Part shown: positions 42,826 to 52,906 of the stretch, one piece after another
Numbering within the stretch: the first letter of the stretch is position 1
Layout of the letters: every line of letters starts with the position of its first letter
NCBI GenBank assembly: GCA_023442525.1
Contig: JAEZZA010000017.1
Coordinates: forward strand, 127,340 to 191,339
Reading direction: 5' to 3'
Origin: Bacteroidota bacterium
GTDB lineage: Bacteria > Bacteroidota > Bacteroidia > Bacteroidales > UBA10428
DNA: 64,000 bases
Notes under the pieces: generated by a model
Told to the model about the DNA's origin: nothing
Seen by the model: the letters and a program-made list of their open reading frames with translations, nothing else
Databases searched by the model: none
Translations under genes and position numbers: made by a program

Positions 42826-44733
42826 TCAACTGATCATTCGTTTGACTGAAGTAAGATTATGTTCGGCAAAAATGTTTTTTCCCTGTGGTGTATACATCCT
42901 GTCAATTACATCCTTAAAGTGCTCATGAATCTTTGGCCGTACAGTTTTGAGCATACTGTTAAGCATGTGGTTGTCTTCGGTAAAGCCTTCTTCGATTATT
43001 GTAAATGTTGATGGCAGCCACCTCGAAGGGAACATATTTTCATGCTTCCCGCCGGGCATATACATGTCGATTTGCGATTTCACGAGCTTTATTACTTCTG
43101 TGACTGCATTTTCTCCAGATGCAGATATACCTCTCTCATTCATCCAGCTTTTAATGGCGGGAAAATTCGGAAATATAAGGGCCGAAGTGTATGGATTCTG
43201 ATTGTTATATAATAGTACCTGTTCAATGTATTTTGAATGAAAAACCAATGATTCTTCAATGTTTTCGGGACTGTATTTTTCGCCGTCATCTGCAATCAGA
43301 AGACTCTTAAACCGGCCCAAAACATACAAAAATCCATCCTTATCCATATAACCTCTGTCGCCTGTATATAACCATCCGTCTTTGATGGTTTCTGCAGTGG
43401 CTTCGGGATTTTTCCAATATCCCATCATCACATTTTCTCCCCTGATAACAATTTCTCCCTGCTGACCCGTTGGCAATTCATTGCCATCGTCATCACAAAT
43501 TTTCAGGTCGAGATATTTAACCAGGCTACCCGAAGAACCAAGCTTGTGCTTATCCGGATTATTGGAAGAAATTACCGGAGATGCTTCGGTAAGGCCGTAT
43601 CCCTGGTACATAGGCATTCCCAGTGCATAGAAGAACTTTTGAATGTCCATATCCAGTATGGCGCCTCCGCCAATAAAATATTCCAGCTTGCCGCCAAACG
43701 CTTCTCTCACTTTACTGAAAAGTATCTTATCAAAAAGCAATGTCAGTGGTTTTAATAAAAACCTGACGCCTTTTCCTTTATTCCATCCGTTGCCATTATA
43801 GATGTAGGCAACCTTTAGCCCGAAATTAAATAAACCAGCGGCTACCTTTCCCTTATCGCGGATACCCTTTTCAATGTTCTTCCTGAAATTCTTTGCTACG
43901 GCAGGAACACTCATAAGGAAATAGGGCTGGATCTCTTTAATGTTTATGGGAATATTCCGAAGGGTTTCATTGGCTGTTTCGCCTGTTTGAAGGGCGGCAG
44001 CACTTGCACCGCACGACATCAGGGCATAAATCCCGCAGGTATGAGCAAATGCATGGTCCCATGGCAGGTATAACAGGGTTGTCCAGAACCTGGGAATGTT
44101 AAAGAGAGTCAATGACTGTTCGACATTGGCAGTGTAGTTTCTGTGGCTCAGAATAATTCCTTTCGGATCGGCAGTGGTGCCCGATGTATAACATATATTG
44201 GCAGGATCATGCCCGGCAATGGAATGCCAGCGTTCCGAAAACAGATCGTGACTGGTATTCAGGAATGTTTTACCGAAATTGATGACTTCGCTGAATGGAA
44301 TTTCCATTTCATCGTACGACGGTTGGGCATCGAGAAGAATGATTTTCTCAAGATCGGGAAGTTCATTTTTTAATGACAGGATTTTTTTTGCCTGGCCTTT
44401 GGATACAATAATAAACCTTCCGCCGGAATGAACCAGCCTGTATTTGATCTCGGAAGGCTCTGCCAGTTTCTGCGAAAGAGGAACATTTACACCACCGGCA
44501 TATAAAATACCCAGCTCACTTATAACCCAATCGTTGCGTCCTTCGGAAAGCAACGCAACCCGGTCGCCCTTTTGTATACCCATCTGCATGAGTCCGGCAC
44601 CGAACAAATATACTTTTTCCCGAATTTCCTTAAAGGTGGAACCAATGTACTTATTGTTTTTCTTTTCGAGAAGAAATACATTGTCGCTGTACTTATCCAC
44701 GCAGTCTTCAAAAAGACTAACAAGTGTCCTCAT
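42826..44733 (-). CDS. long-chain fatty-acid-CoA ligase (AMP-binding)
   Basis: YTSGTTADPKG AMP-binding motif, and a C-terminal GWLYTGDRG. Confidence 0.8.
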   Translation of the reverse strand: MRTLVSLFEDCVDKYSDNVFLLEKKNNKYIGSTFKEIREKVYLFGAGLMQMGIQKGDRVALLSEGRNDWVISELGILYAGGVNVPLSQKLAEPSEIKYRLVHSGGRFIIVSKGQAKKILSLKNELPDLEKIILLDAQPSYDEMEIPFSEVINFGKTFLNTSHDLFSERWHSIAGHDPANICYTSGTTADPKGIILSHRNYTANVEQSLTLFNIPRFWTTLLYLPWDHAFAHTCGIYALMSCGASAAALQTGETANETLRNIPINIKEIQPYFLMSVPAVAKNFRKNIEKGIRDKGKVAAGLFNFGLKVAYIYNGNGWNKGKGVRFLLKPLTLLFDKILFSKVREAFGGKLEYFIGGGAILDMDIQKFFYALGMPMYQGYGLTEASPVISSNNPDKHKLGSSGSLVKYLDLKICDDDGNELPTGQQGEIVIRGENVMMGYWKNPEATAETIKDGWLYTGDRGYMDKDGFLYVLGRFKSLLIADDGEKYSPENIEESLVFHSKYIEQVLLYNNQNPYTSALIFPNFPAIKSWMNERGISASGENAVTEVIKLVKSQIDMYMPGGKHENMFPSRWLPSTFTIIEEGFTEDNHMLNSMLKTVRPKIHEHFKDVIDRMYTPQGKNIFAEHNLTSVKRMIS

Positions 44734-44787
44734 TTGGCAGGTATTTGATTTGTACCTGCAATTTAGAAAAAACTTTCCTATTTAACT

Positions 44788-45183
44788 CTACCTCGTGGAG
44801 ACCGGAGAAAGAAGACTCTCCAGTTTATAAAGCAATTGCTGGAAATTGGCAGGCTTGGTTATATATTCATCGCACCCGGCCTCAAAGCATTTTTCGTATT
44901 CATTTCCATAGGCGTTTGCCGTATGCACTACAATCGGAAGTCCCGGTTTGAATGCCTTTATCTGACGAATGGCTTCGAATCCGTCAACTATAGGAAGCTG
45001 CAAATCCATCATTACCAAATCGATATGATTACATTGCTTGCAAAAATCGATAGCCATCTGCCCGTTGATTGCCCATAATATATTAACCTTTGTTTTTCGG
45101 GTAAGTATCAGGTCAAGATATTTATAACTGATTTCATCATCCTCAGCTATCAGTATGGTTTTATTGCTCCAGTCCATTAACAT
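44788..45183 (-). CDS. stand-alone CheY-like receiver protein
   Basis: 131 aa. ILIAEDDE…MMDLQLP with phospho-acceptor Asp. No output domain. Confidence 0.75.
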   Translation of the reverse strand: MLMDWSNKTILIAEDDEISYKYLDLILTRKTKVNILWAINGQMAIDFCKQCNHIDLVMMDLQLPIVDGFEAIRQIKAFKPGLPIVVHTANAYGNEYEKCFEAGCDEYITKPANFQQLLYKLESLLSPVSTR

Positions 45184-45367
45184 TTATTGATTTTGCTTCG
45201 GTATACGGTTTTTTCAGGAATATGTGCGTTTTACTTGATGAAGGCTCCGATAAATTCGTTAAAGGCAATTATTTTAAGGATAAGTGTCGAAATGGCTTCT
45301 TTAAATACATAACCAATATCATTGTCAGGTAAGCCGCCAATTGGTAATTTTTAGAAAAATTTATCTT

Positions 45368-46573
45368 ATGAAATCCAATTTTGATCCGGCAACCCGAATA
45401 CAGGATGTATTGCAGTTTGATGAGTTCGGCGGTGTTAACCCCGGAATAACCGATTCATCCACCTTTACATTTATGAATCCGGAAACTATGACTGAAACTT
45501 TTCTGGGTAACACCGAGGGTTGTTTTCTTTACTCCAGGCACTGGAATCCGAGTAATAAATATCTGGCCGATGCGATTGCATCGATGGAGGATACGGAATC
45601 GGCATGGATTACCGCCTCGGGAATGGCTGCCATTACTTGTTCAATATTACAGTGCTGTAAAGCCGGTGATCATATTATTACCAGCGTAACCACCTATGGC
45701 GGAACCTATGCCTTTCTGAAAAACTACCTGCCGCGCTTCAATATCGAGGTAACATTTGTAAATATTACCGATCCGGTTAGTGTGGAAAACGCTATCAAAC
45801 CGAATACACGGTTGATTTATACCGAATCGGTTACAAATCCGTTGTTGCAGGTTTCCGACATACCCAAACTGGCAGCCATAGCCCATAAAAGGGGAATACT
45901 TCTGATGGTTGATAATACATTCTGTCCCATGATCATTTCGCCAGCCCGGCTTGGGGCTGACATTGTGGTTTACAGTATGACCAAATTCATCAACGGTAAA
46001 AACGATTGTGTGGCCGGGGCTATTTGCGGAGATGCAGAATTTATCAACTCACTTTCAGATGTTAACGAGGGCACTGCCATGCTGCTCGGACCGGTTCTCG
46101 ATCCTATGCGTTCATCATCAATCTGGAAGAACCTTCATACCCTGCACGTGCGAATGAAACAGCATGGTGAAAATGCCATGTATGTTGCCCGTGAACTGAA
46201 AAAAGAAGGTCTTGGAGTCCGCTATCCGGGACTGCCCGATCATCCGCAGCATCAATTGATGAACAACCTGATGAACAAAGGATACGGATATGGAGGTATG
46301 TTGGCGCTCGAACTCGATTCAGTGTCGGTTGCCAACGACCTCATGCGTATGATGCAGCTTGAGAAGGTGGGCTACCTTGCGGTCAGCCTGGGTTATTTTA
46401 AAACCCTTTTCAGCTGTTCGGGAAAAAGTACTTCATCGGAAGTTCCGGAAACTGTACAAAGAGAAATGGGAATGTGTGAAGGATTGATCCGGTTTTCTAT
46501 TGGACTCGACAACGACATCGAAAGATCTGTTGATACCATCAAAATATGCATGAAACGGCTCAGGATATTGTAG
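45368..46573 (+). CDS. PLP-dependent Cys/Met-metabolism enzyme (methionine gamma-lyase / O-acetylhomoserine sulfhydrylase family)
   Basis: Family fold, PLP lysine in SMTKFINGKNDCVAG. The ATG at 45368 is preferred over the upstream track start. Confidence 0.8.
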   Translation: MKSNFDPATRIQDVLQFDEFGGVNPGITDSSTFTFMNPETMTETFLGNTEGCFLYSRHWNPSNKYLADAIASMEDTESAWITASGMAAITCSILQCCKAGDHIITSVTTYGGTYAFLKNYLPRFNIEVTFVNITDPVSVENAIKPNTRLIYTESVTNPLLQVSDIPKLAAIAHKRGILLMVDNTFCPMIISPARLGADIVVYSMTKFINGKNDCVAGAICGDAEFINSLSDVNEGTAMLLGPVLDPMRSSSIWKNLHTLHVRMKQHGENAMYVARELKKEGLGVRYPGLPDHPQHQLMNNLMNKGYGYGGMLALELDSVSVANDLMRMMQLEKVGYLAVSLGYFKTLFSCSGKSTSSEVPETVQREMGMCEGLIRFSIGLDNDIERSVDTIKICMKRLRIL

Positions 46574-46639
46574 CCGGAACAAAACGACCAGCCAAATTGT
46601 TGTTTGGGTACTTAATATATTAACCAATTAAAAACAGAT

Positions 46640-47221
46640 ATGTCTTTCACATTAGATATTGGCAAAAAGGCTCCGGGTTTCAGGCTCCGGGCTACTGACG
46701 GAAATGTATACGCTCTTGATGATTTCGATAAATATAAATACCTGGTAGTTTTTTTTACCTGCAATCATTGTCCTTATGTGATCGGATCCGATGAAGTGAC
46801 CCGGCAAACAGCTCATAAATATCAGTCGGCGGGCGTGGGTTTTGTAGCCATCAATTCAAACAGTCCCAATACATACCGCGAAGACGATTATGAACACATG
46901 GTTGGAAGGATGGAGCAATATAAATTTCCATGGGTGTATCTGCACGACGAAACCCAGGATATCGCACGAAACTATGGTGCATTGCGAACCCCTCATTTCT
47001 TTGTATTCAACGAAAACAGGGAACTGGTTTACACGGGCAGGGCCATCGACAACCCGAAATATCCGTCTTTGGCAACGGTGAATGATCTCGACCGGGCGTT
47101 GGACGAGCTTACTCATGGCAGGGAGGTTACGGTTAAAATGACCAACCCTCTTGGATGTAATGTGAAATGGGAAGGAAAAGACAAACACTGGATGCCCGAA
47201 GAGGCTGTCGACCTGGTTTAA
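46640..47221 (+). CDS. thioredoxin-fold protein with CNHC active site
   Basis: [10 protein letters not shown] CxxC motif, redoxin-like. Confidence 0.55.
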   Translation: MSFTLDIGKKAPGFRLRATDGNVYALDDFDKYKYLVVFFTCNHCPYVIGSDEVTRQTAHKYQSAGVGFVAINSNSPNTYREDDYEHMVGRMEQYKFPWVYLHDETQDIARNYGALRTPHFFVFNENRELVYTGRAIDNPKYPSLATVNDLDRALDELTHGREVTVKMTNPLGCNVKWEGKDKHWMPEEAVDLV

Positions 47222-48219
47222 TCAGCTTTCCTGAATCCCCTGAAATATTTCATGAACTGAACACGCTCATAAGCAGCAGGGTTCTCTGTTTTCGACTGGC
47301 TCATCATTCCCCTGAAATCTTCAATGGATTTGAAATCTTTTGAGTTCATCCACTGTTCCAGTTCATCGAGCATGATCTGAATTTGTTCATAACCGTTTAT
47401 ATACACGGTTGATGCAACTTCAACAGCATTTGCTCCTGTAAGTAACATTTTAATCATTGAATTGCCATCGTGAATACCTGTGGATGCGCCAAGGCTGCAG
47501 CCAAGCCTTCCCGAGAGAATGCCAACCCAGCGCAGGGTATTGTAAAAATCGGCAGGATTGCTTAATACGGCCCCGGCAGTGAATTCAAAGTTCTCGATAT
47601 CGATGTCGGGATTGTAGAACCGGTTAAACAGTACGAGCCCGTGTATTCCGGAATTCGATACTTTTTTCAGAAATGAGGCCAGGTTTGAAAAGTAGTAACT
47701 CAACTTTACAATTACCGGAATTTTCACCTGCCGGGTAACCTCACTTATGATCTGAAAATACAGCTGCTCATTCTCCTCAGCGCTTCGCTTAAAGTCGCTC
47801 GGAAGTACAAATATATTGAGCTCGAGTGCATCGGCACCTGCCGATTCGATCTGCTTCGGGAAATACGTCCATTGCGACGATGTAATACAATTTATGCTGG
47901 CAATGACGGGTATGGAAACACCTTTTTTTGCCTTGCTAATCTGCTCGAGATAAGTACCTGTGGCCTCATTCGGCGAGTCGATATTGTCGTAATACTCCAG
48001 AGTTTCGGGGTATAAGAAGCCTTCTGAACTCATGCGCTGCATGCGGGCGTTCAGATCGCGCAGTATTTCCTCCTCGAAAAGCGATTTGAGGATTACAGCG
48101 GCTGCACCAGCCTTTTCAAGTCCTTCGATATTTACACTCGAATCGGATAGCCCGGAACTGCCAATTATAATTGGATTTTTCAGTTTGAGGCCGGCGAAAG
48201 TTGTTGACAGATCGGTCAT
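47218..48219 (-). CDS. dihydroorotate-dehydrogenase-like FMN TIM-barrel protein
   Basis: N-terminus [15 protein letters not shown] and a DHOD/DHPD-like barrel. Family-level call only. Confidence 0.5.
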   Translation of the reverse strand: MTDLSTTFAGLKLKNPIIIGSSGLSDSSVNIEGLEKAGAAAVILKSLFEEEILRDLNARMQRMSSEGFLYPETLEYYDNIDSPNEATGTYLEQISKAKKGVSIPVIASINCITSSQWTYFPKQIESAGADALELNIFVLPSDFKRSAEENEQLYFQIISEVTRQVKIPVIVKLSYYFSNLASFLKKVSNSGIHGLVLFNRFYNPDIDIENFEFTAGAVLSNPADFYNTLRWVGILSGRLGCSLGASTGIHDGNSMIKMLLTGANAVEVASTVYINGYEQIQIMLDELEQWMNSKDFKSIEDFRGMMSQSKTENPAAYERVQFMKYFRGFRKAD

Positions 48220-48366
48220 TTTGTAACTATTTTAATAAATGTGAGTATATTATGGTAATTGTTAAAAACTTCAGTTAGTTGCCATTATAACAAACCGAAT
48301 TTGTTCTATTTTTGTTTAGTGCATTTTAAGCTGGAGTGTCTCAGAACATTAAAAATTTGACAAAAA

Positions 48367-48801
48367 ATGAAAAATCTGTTTTTCCTTCTTGGTGCTCTCG
48401 TACTGTTTTGCGGCGGCTGCAAATATTTTAAAAAACAGACTCCCCAGACGGTTGAAATCCTTACAGCAGATACATCTTCAGCTGAAAGTACGTACGATTC
48501 AACTGCATATTATACCGAGCCGGCTGTTGAACCAGTTAGCACACCTCAGCCCGTACAGACTACTGGTGCTGTATCAGGCAGATATTACATGATAGTAGGA
48601 TGTTTCAAGGTTGACGAAAATGCCGACCGGTATGCAGAAAAGATACGTGCGATGGGATATCCGGCTGAAATATTGCCCGCTCAAAACGATTTTGAGATGA
48701 TTGCTGCCCGCTCATACAGCAGCTATCGCGAAAGTGTAAGTGAACTGGAAAAATTCCGCACCGAAGTCACCCCCAACGCCTGGGTTTACAAGCAGAAATA
48801 G
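48367..48801 (+). CDS. SPOR-domain lipoprotein
   Basis: Lipobox (FCGGC), C-terminal SPOR repeat (YYMIVGCFKVDENADRYAEKIRAMGY). Confidence 0.7.
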   Translation: MKNLFFLLGALVLFCGGCKYFKKQTPQTVEILTADTSSAESTYDSTAYYTEPAVEPVSTPQPVQTTGAVSGRYYMIVGCFKVDENADRYAEKIRAMGYPAEILPAQNDFEMIAARSYSSYRESVSELEKFRTEVTPNAWVYKQK

Positions 48802-48825
48802 AACTGTTGTTGAAGAATTTGTCGG

Positions 48826-50025
48826 TTACGACATTATAAATAACGGTTGAAATTCAAAGCTTTTATAATGGGGGCGGTATCGCTCGACATTATAATATCG
48901 CTTGATATCAATCACTTTATTTGTGCTGGTTACAACATCAATAGGCGCGTTGTCGTATCTCCCGTTCCTGAGGACTACCAACCTGCCGTGAATTCCTTTT
49001 AATATCAGATCAAGAGCCAGGTTACCATAAGCCATGGGCACTATTGAATCAATGGCATCGGGATCTCCGCCTCTAACAAGGTATCCAAGTTGCTGAAAGA
49101 TTGTATTGACTTTTTTGCCTCCGCAATATTTTGGAGACAACTCCCTGATTTTGTCAGATACAAGTTCGCCGATTCCTCCGCTTAAACTGTGGCCGTATAC
49201 ATCTTTGGAATCAGCACTGTTCAAAGGTTCGTTCATCCCTTTCATCATAGAGCCTTCCGAAACCAGCACTACCGAATAACGGCTGGGGTTTTTCTCGCGA
49301 TCTTCAATCAGCAGCCGGGTGAGCAAATCCGGATCGAAGCGGTGCTCGGGTATGATGCAACGATTTGCAGCACCAGCCATAGTGGGAAGCATGGCGGTGA
49401 ATCCGGCGTACCTTCCGAATACTTCAATTACAAGTATTCGCTCGTGCGAACCTGCTGAAGTGCGAAGCGTGTTGCACATTTGTATGGTACGTGTTACGCA
49501 GGTGCTGAATCCAATACAATAATCGGTACCGGGAACATCGTTATCCATGGTCTTTGGAATGGCAACTACCTTTACCCCTTCGGAATACAGTCGCACTCCA
49601 TAGCTTAACGTATCATCTCCGCCAATTGGAACGAGGTATTCAACATTCAGAAATTCCAGATTTTTAACCACCTCTTCGGTGAGATCATTTACCTCGTTTT
49701 TATATTTATTCCTGTACTGAACGGGAACATTGGCTTTGGATACATGACTTGGCCGGGTCCGGGAGGTATGAAGAAAGGTTCCGCCCGTTCGTCCTGCCTT
49801 GTTCACGATCTCCTCAGTCAGGATCATATATTTATCACTGTTATCCGCTTTTTTGTCTCTCACCAATTCCATTATTCCCGCCCAGCCTCTTCTCAGACCA
49901 ATTACCTGATAGCCTTCACGAAGAGCTCTGATGGTTATTGCCCTTATCGCAGGGTTAAGTCCCGGAACATCACCACCTCCGGTGAGTATGGCAATGGAAC
50001 CTTTCTTTTTGTTTATTGGAGACAT
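48826..50025 (-). CDS. 6-phosphofructokinase, PPi-type signature
   Basis: GGGDVPGLN, GGDDT and PKTMDND motifs (Asp and Lys at the positions that discriminate PPi-PFK from ATP-PFK). Confidence 0.8.
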   Translation of the reverse strand: MSPINKKKGSIAILTGGGDVPGLNPAIRAITIRALREGYQVIGLRRGWAGIMELVRDKKADNSDKYMILTEEIVNKAGRTGGTFLHTSRTRPSHVSKANVPVQYRNKYKNEVNDLTEEVVKNLEFLNVEYLVPIGGDDTLSYGVRLYSEGVKVVAIPKTMDNDVPGTDYCIGFSTCVTRTIQMCNTLRTSAGSHERILVIEVFGRYAGFTAMLPTMAGAANRCIIPEHRFDPDLLTRLLIEDREKNPSRYSVVLVSEGSMMKGMNEPLNSADSKDVYGHSLSGGIGELVSDKIRELSPKYCGGKKVNTIFQQLGYLVRGGDPDAIDSIVPMAYGNLALDLILKGIHGRLVVLRNGRYDNAPIDVVTSTNKVIDIKRYYNVERYRPHYKSFEFQPLFIMS

Positions 50026-50062
50026 GAAGAATGGTTTACAGTTTTAAGATCAATAAAGATAT

Positions 50063-50092
50063 ATATTTTTTACAACAAAAAAGCAGGGTGTT
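50063..50092 (-). terminator. rho-independent terminator (minus strand)
   Basis: Stem aagcaggg/ccctgctt with loop tgtttg. U-tract on the minus strand. Confidence 0.6.
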
Positions 50093-50111
50093 TGCCCTGC
50101 TTTCCTGATTG

Positions 50112-51329
50112 TTACCAGTTTAAGATTTTCCGGAAATCGTATTCTTCCGGTTCTTTCACAAACTTTTTGGCTGCTTTGTAATCATTGGGAGTTATGTAAT
50201 GCAGGTTATTATCAAAAACCAGCTTAACACGCTCCGATTTCATATTTACAAGCCTGGGTTTTACTTTGCCGAATTCATCTTCAACATCCTTCATGTAAAG
50301 AGGCAAAATATCTCCACCGGGTGTTACCGTAACCATACAGCCAGAAGCACCTTCCTGGAATAACTTCATAACTCCGGTTCCAAGAATGGTTGCATAACTG
50401 AGATCGTATGCAATAGGCCTTACGCACCTGAGTTCGTAACCAATCTCATTCGGACGGCTTTTAACACTGATATTGAGTTTTTTCAGCTTGCGTTGAACCA
50501 GCATATTGAATATATGGGCTTTGCTTACATTACCCAGTTCGGGATGACCATGCTCGTCGTAAGTGAAATTGATTCCGGTACCTTCAACTTCTTCATCGCT
50601 CATGAAATGAAATACACCTTCACTGACAATGGCCACACCATACTCAATTCCCAGAATTCTTCTCTTGATCATCGAAGAAATGATCATACGGGTAATGGCA
50701 TCAAACGTGATCTTGTTCTTATCAAACATCTCGGGAATAATGATCATCGGAAAATGACAAGCTGTTCCGATTCCAAATGCAAGATGGCCTGCTTCACGTC
50801 CCATTGCCGAAACCACAAACCAGTTGCCACTGGTGCGTGCGTCTTCGTAAAGAGTAGTTCCAATCCTTACTCCTTCTTCTTTTGCAGTGTGATACCCGAA
50901 AGTAGGAGTTCCTTCGGGAAGAGGCAAGTCGTTATCAATGGTTTTGGGAACATGTATGTTCGACATGGTCACCTTATTCGACGAAAGAAATTTACTGATC
51001 CTGTTTGCTGTAGAAGCAGTATCATCACCGCCAATCGTCACCAGAAGCTTAATATTGTTTTTTGTAAAGAAATCTGTTTTGAACTCTTCATCCTTGGGTT
51101 TATAACGGCTCATTTTCAGAGCTGATCCGCCACGGCTGTAAATACTATCGGCATACGTGAAGTCGATATGTTCGATAGTGGGATTATCCGTGAAGATGGA
51201 TTTATAACCCTCATGAATGCCAATTACGTCGTATCCGGCGTTGAGAAACACTTTTGCAACCGATCCGATAACGGTATTGATTCCGGGTGCAGGTCCACCT
51301 GCGCATAAAATAGCTACTGCTTCTTTCAT
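50112..51329 (-). CDS. 6-phosphofructokinase, PPi-type signature
   Basis: GGPAPGIN, GGDDT, PKTIDND. Confidence 0.8.
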   Translation of the reverse strand: MKEAVAILCAGGPAPGINTVIGSVAKVFLNAGYDVIGIHEGYKSIFTDNPTIEHIDFTYADSIYSRGGSALKMSRYKPKDEEFKTDFFTKNNIKLLVTIGGDDTASTANRISKFLSSNKVTMSNIHVPKTIDNDLPLPEGTPTFGYHTAKEEGVRIGTTLYEDARTSGNWFVVSAMGREAGHLAFGIGTACHFPMIIIPEMFDKNKITFDAITRMIISSMIKRRILGIEYGVAIVSEGVFHFMSDEEVEGTGINFTYDEHGHPELGNVSKAHIFNMLVQRKLKKLNISVKSRPNEIGYELRCVRPIAYDLSYATILGTGVMKLFQEGASGCMVTVTPGGDILPLYMKDVEDEFGKVKPRLVNMKSERVKLVFDNNLHYITPNDYKAAKKFVKEPEEYDFRKILNW

Positions 51330-51494
51330 TGATTTATTGACTTATTAATGTGTAATTAAAAATCCCAAAATTAAAAGTCTGCAAATTTGTAAATAATTTT
51401 TTAATCCAAAATAAATATGCAACGGAATTACATAAACCTGTTCATACCATCATCTGATTCATAAAAGCGGTTATATTTGATATTTTTTTAAGAC

Positions 51495-52838
51495 ATGAGC
51501 TATTTGAAGGATAAATTCTGGTTCCGCTGGAGCATGCTCCTCCTGGTTAGTCTGCTGATGGCAGCTAACTATTACTTTTATGACGCCTTGACTCCCATTA
51601 AATCATACCTTACTGAACACCTGGGATTCGACTCTACAGATTACGGATTGGTTCAGGGGTTTTACGCTTTCCCGAATACCTTCCTTCTGATGGCTATTTT
51701 TGGCGGAGTCATACTCGACCGTATAGGAATCAGGATCACAGGATTTGTATTTGCGATTTTTATGCTCATTGGAGCATGGCTTACACTGTACGGTGCTTCG
51801 AATGTATTCAATAACGGCGGCCTGGGCTATGGATTCCTAAACTCATTCTGGACTGGTGTTTCCCCTTCGGTTAAGATGATGTCGCTTGGAATGCTCTTTT
51901 TTGGACTTGGCGCAGAAACCAGTATTGTTGTTTTTAATAAGATTATAGTTAAATGGTTTAAGGGCAAGGAAATGGCTCTTGCCTTTGCCATTAACCTGTC
52001 GATTGCCCGTTTTGGAACAGCCCTGGCTGTAAAACTCGGACCCAGGTTTGCCGAAATCGATTTGCTTATGCCTATATGGTTTGGTGTGCTGCTCCTGTCC
52101 ATAACCTTTCTTACCTTCCTGATTTATTTGTTCAACGATTACCGTCTCGACACCCAAATCAAAGAAACACAGCCGCTCCTTGATCCAACTGAAAAATTCA
52201 GGGTCACAGATGTGACAGGATTGCTTAAATTCCGGTCCTTTGTATTCATCATGCTTTTGTGTATTACATTTTACGCAGCCTTCTTTCCTTTCCTCAAATA
52301 TGCACCCGACTTCTTTTACAATAAATACGGTGTTTCCACACAAACCAGCGGGGATATCACCTTCTGGCTTCCTATGGGTACTGTACTTTTCACTCCGATT
52401 TTTGGTTGGTTTGTCGACCGGAAGGGCAGGGCAGCCAGCCTGATGATACTGGGCTCGCTTATCTTAATTGCGGTGCATCTCACTTTCGCATTTACTAAAA
52501 CAAATGCCTATCTGCTTTGTGGTTTGCTGGGTATAGCCTTTTCACTGGTACCCGCAGCTATGTGGCCCAGCGTTGCCCGAATTGTGGATGAGAAACGCCT
52601 GGGTACTGCTTATGGAATTATGTTCAGTTTTCAGAACCTGGGACTCTTTGCCATGCCCATCCTGGCAGGTTTTGTACTCGACAGTACCAATAAAGGAATT
52701 TCGGCGGGCGAACTCGATTATACCTATACCATGCTCCTTTTCGCGGCAATGGGATTCTTTGCACTGATATTTGCCTTTCTGCTCAGGAAAGATGATAAAA
52801 CTTCAGGTTTCGGATTGGAACTGCCGGTAAAGAAGTGA
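51495..52838 (+). CDS. MFS transporter
   Basis: 12 TM helices, MFS loop motif between TM2-3 (GGVILDRIGIR). Confidence 0.75.
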   Translation: MSYLKDKFWFRWSMLLLVSLLMAANYYFYDALTPIKSYLTEHLGFDSTDYGLVQGFYAFPNTFLLMAIFGGVILDRIGIRITGFVFAIFMLIGAWLTLYGASNVFNNGGLGYGFLNSFWTGVSPSVKMMSLGMLFFGLGAETSIVVFNKIIVKWFKGKEMALAFAINLSIARFGTALAVKLGPRFAEIDLLMPIWFGVLLLSITFLTFLIYLFNDYRLDTQIKETQPLLDPTEKFRVTDVTGLLKFRSFVFIMLLCITFYAAFFPFLKYAPDFFYNKYGVSTQTSGDITFWLPMGTVLFTPIFGWFVDRKGRAASLMILGSLILIAVHLTFAFTKTNAYLLCGLLGIAFSLVPAAMWPSVARIVDEKRLGTAYGIMFSFQNLGLFAMPILAGFVLDSTNKGISAGELDYTYTMLLFAAMGFFALIFAFLLRKDDKTSGFGLELPVKK

Positions 52839-52906
52839 GAAATAAGTGAGCCTCTCCGCCAAATCGGGGAGGCCACTAAATGCAATTGTATTGTGTTGTT
52901 CCTGAA

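Noticed and set aside
52850-52873. Stem-loop gcctctcc…ggggaggc between the MFS gene and purA, considered as a terminator
   Set aside because: The 8-bp stem (one G-U pair) is plausible, but there is no U-tract on either strand, so it is not reported as a feature.
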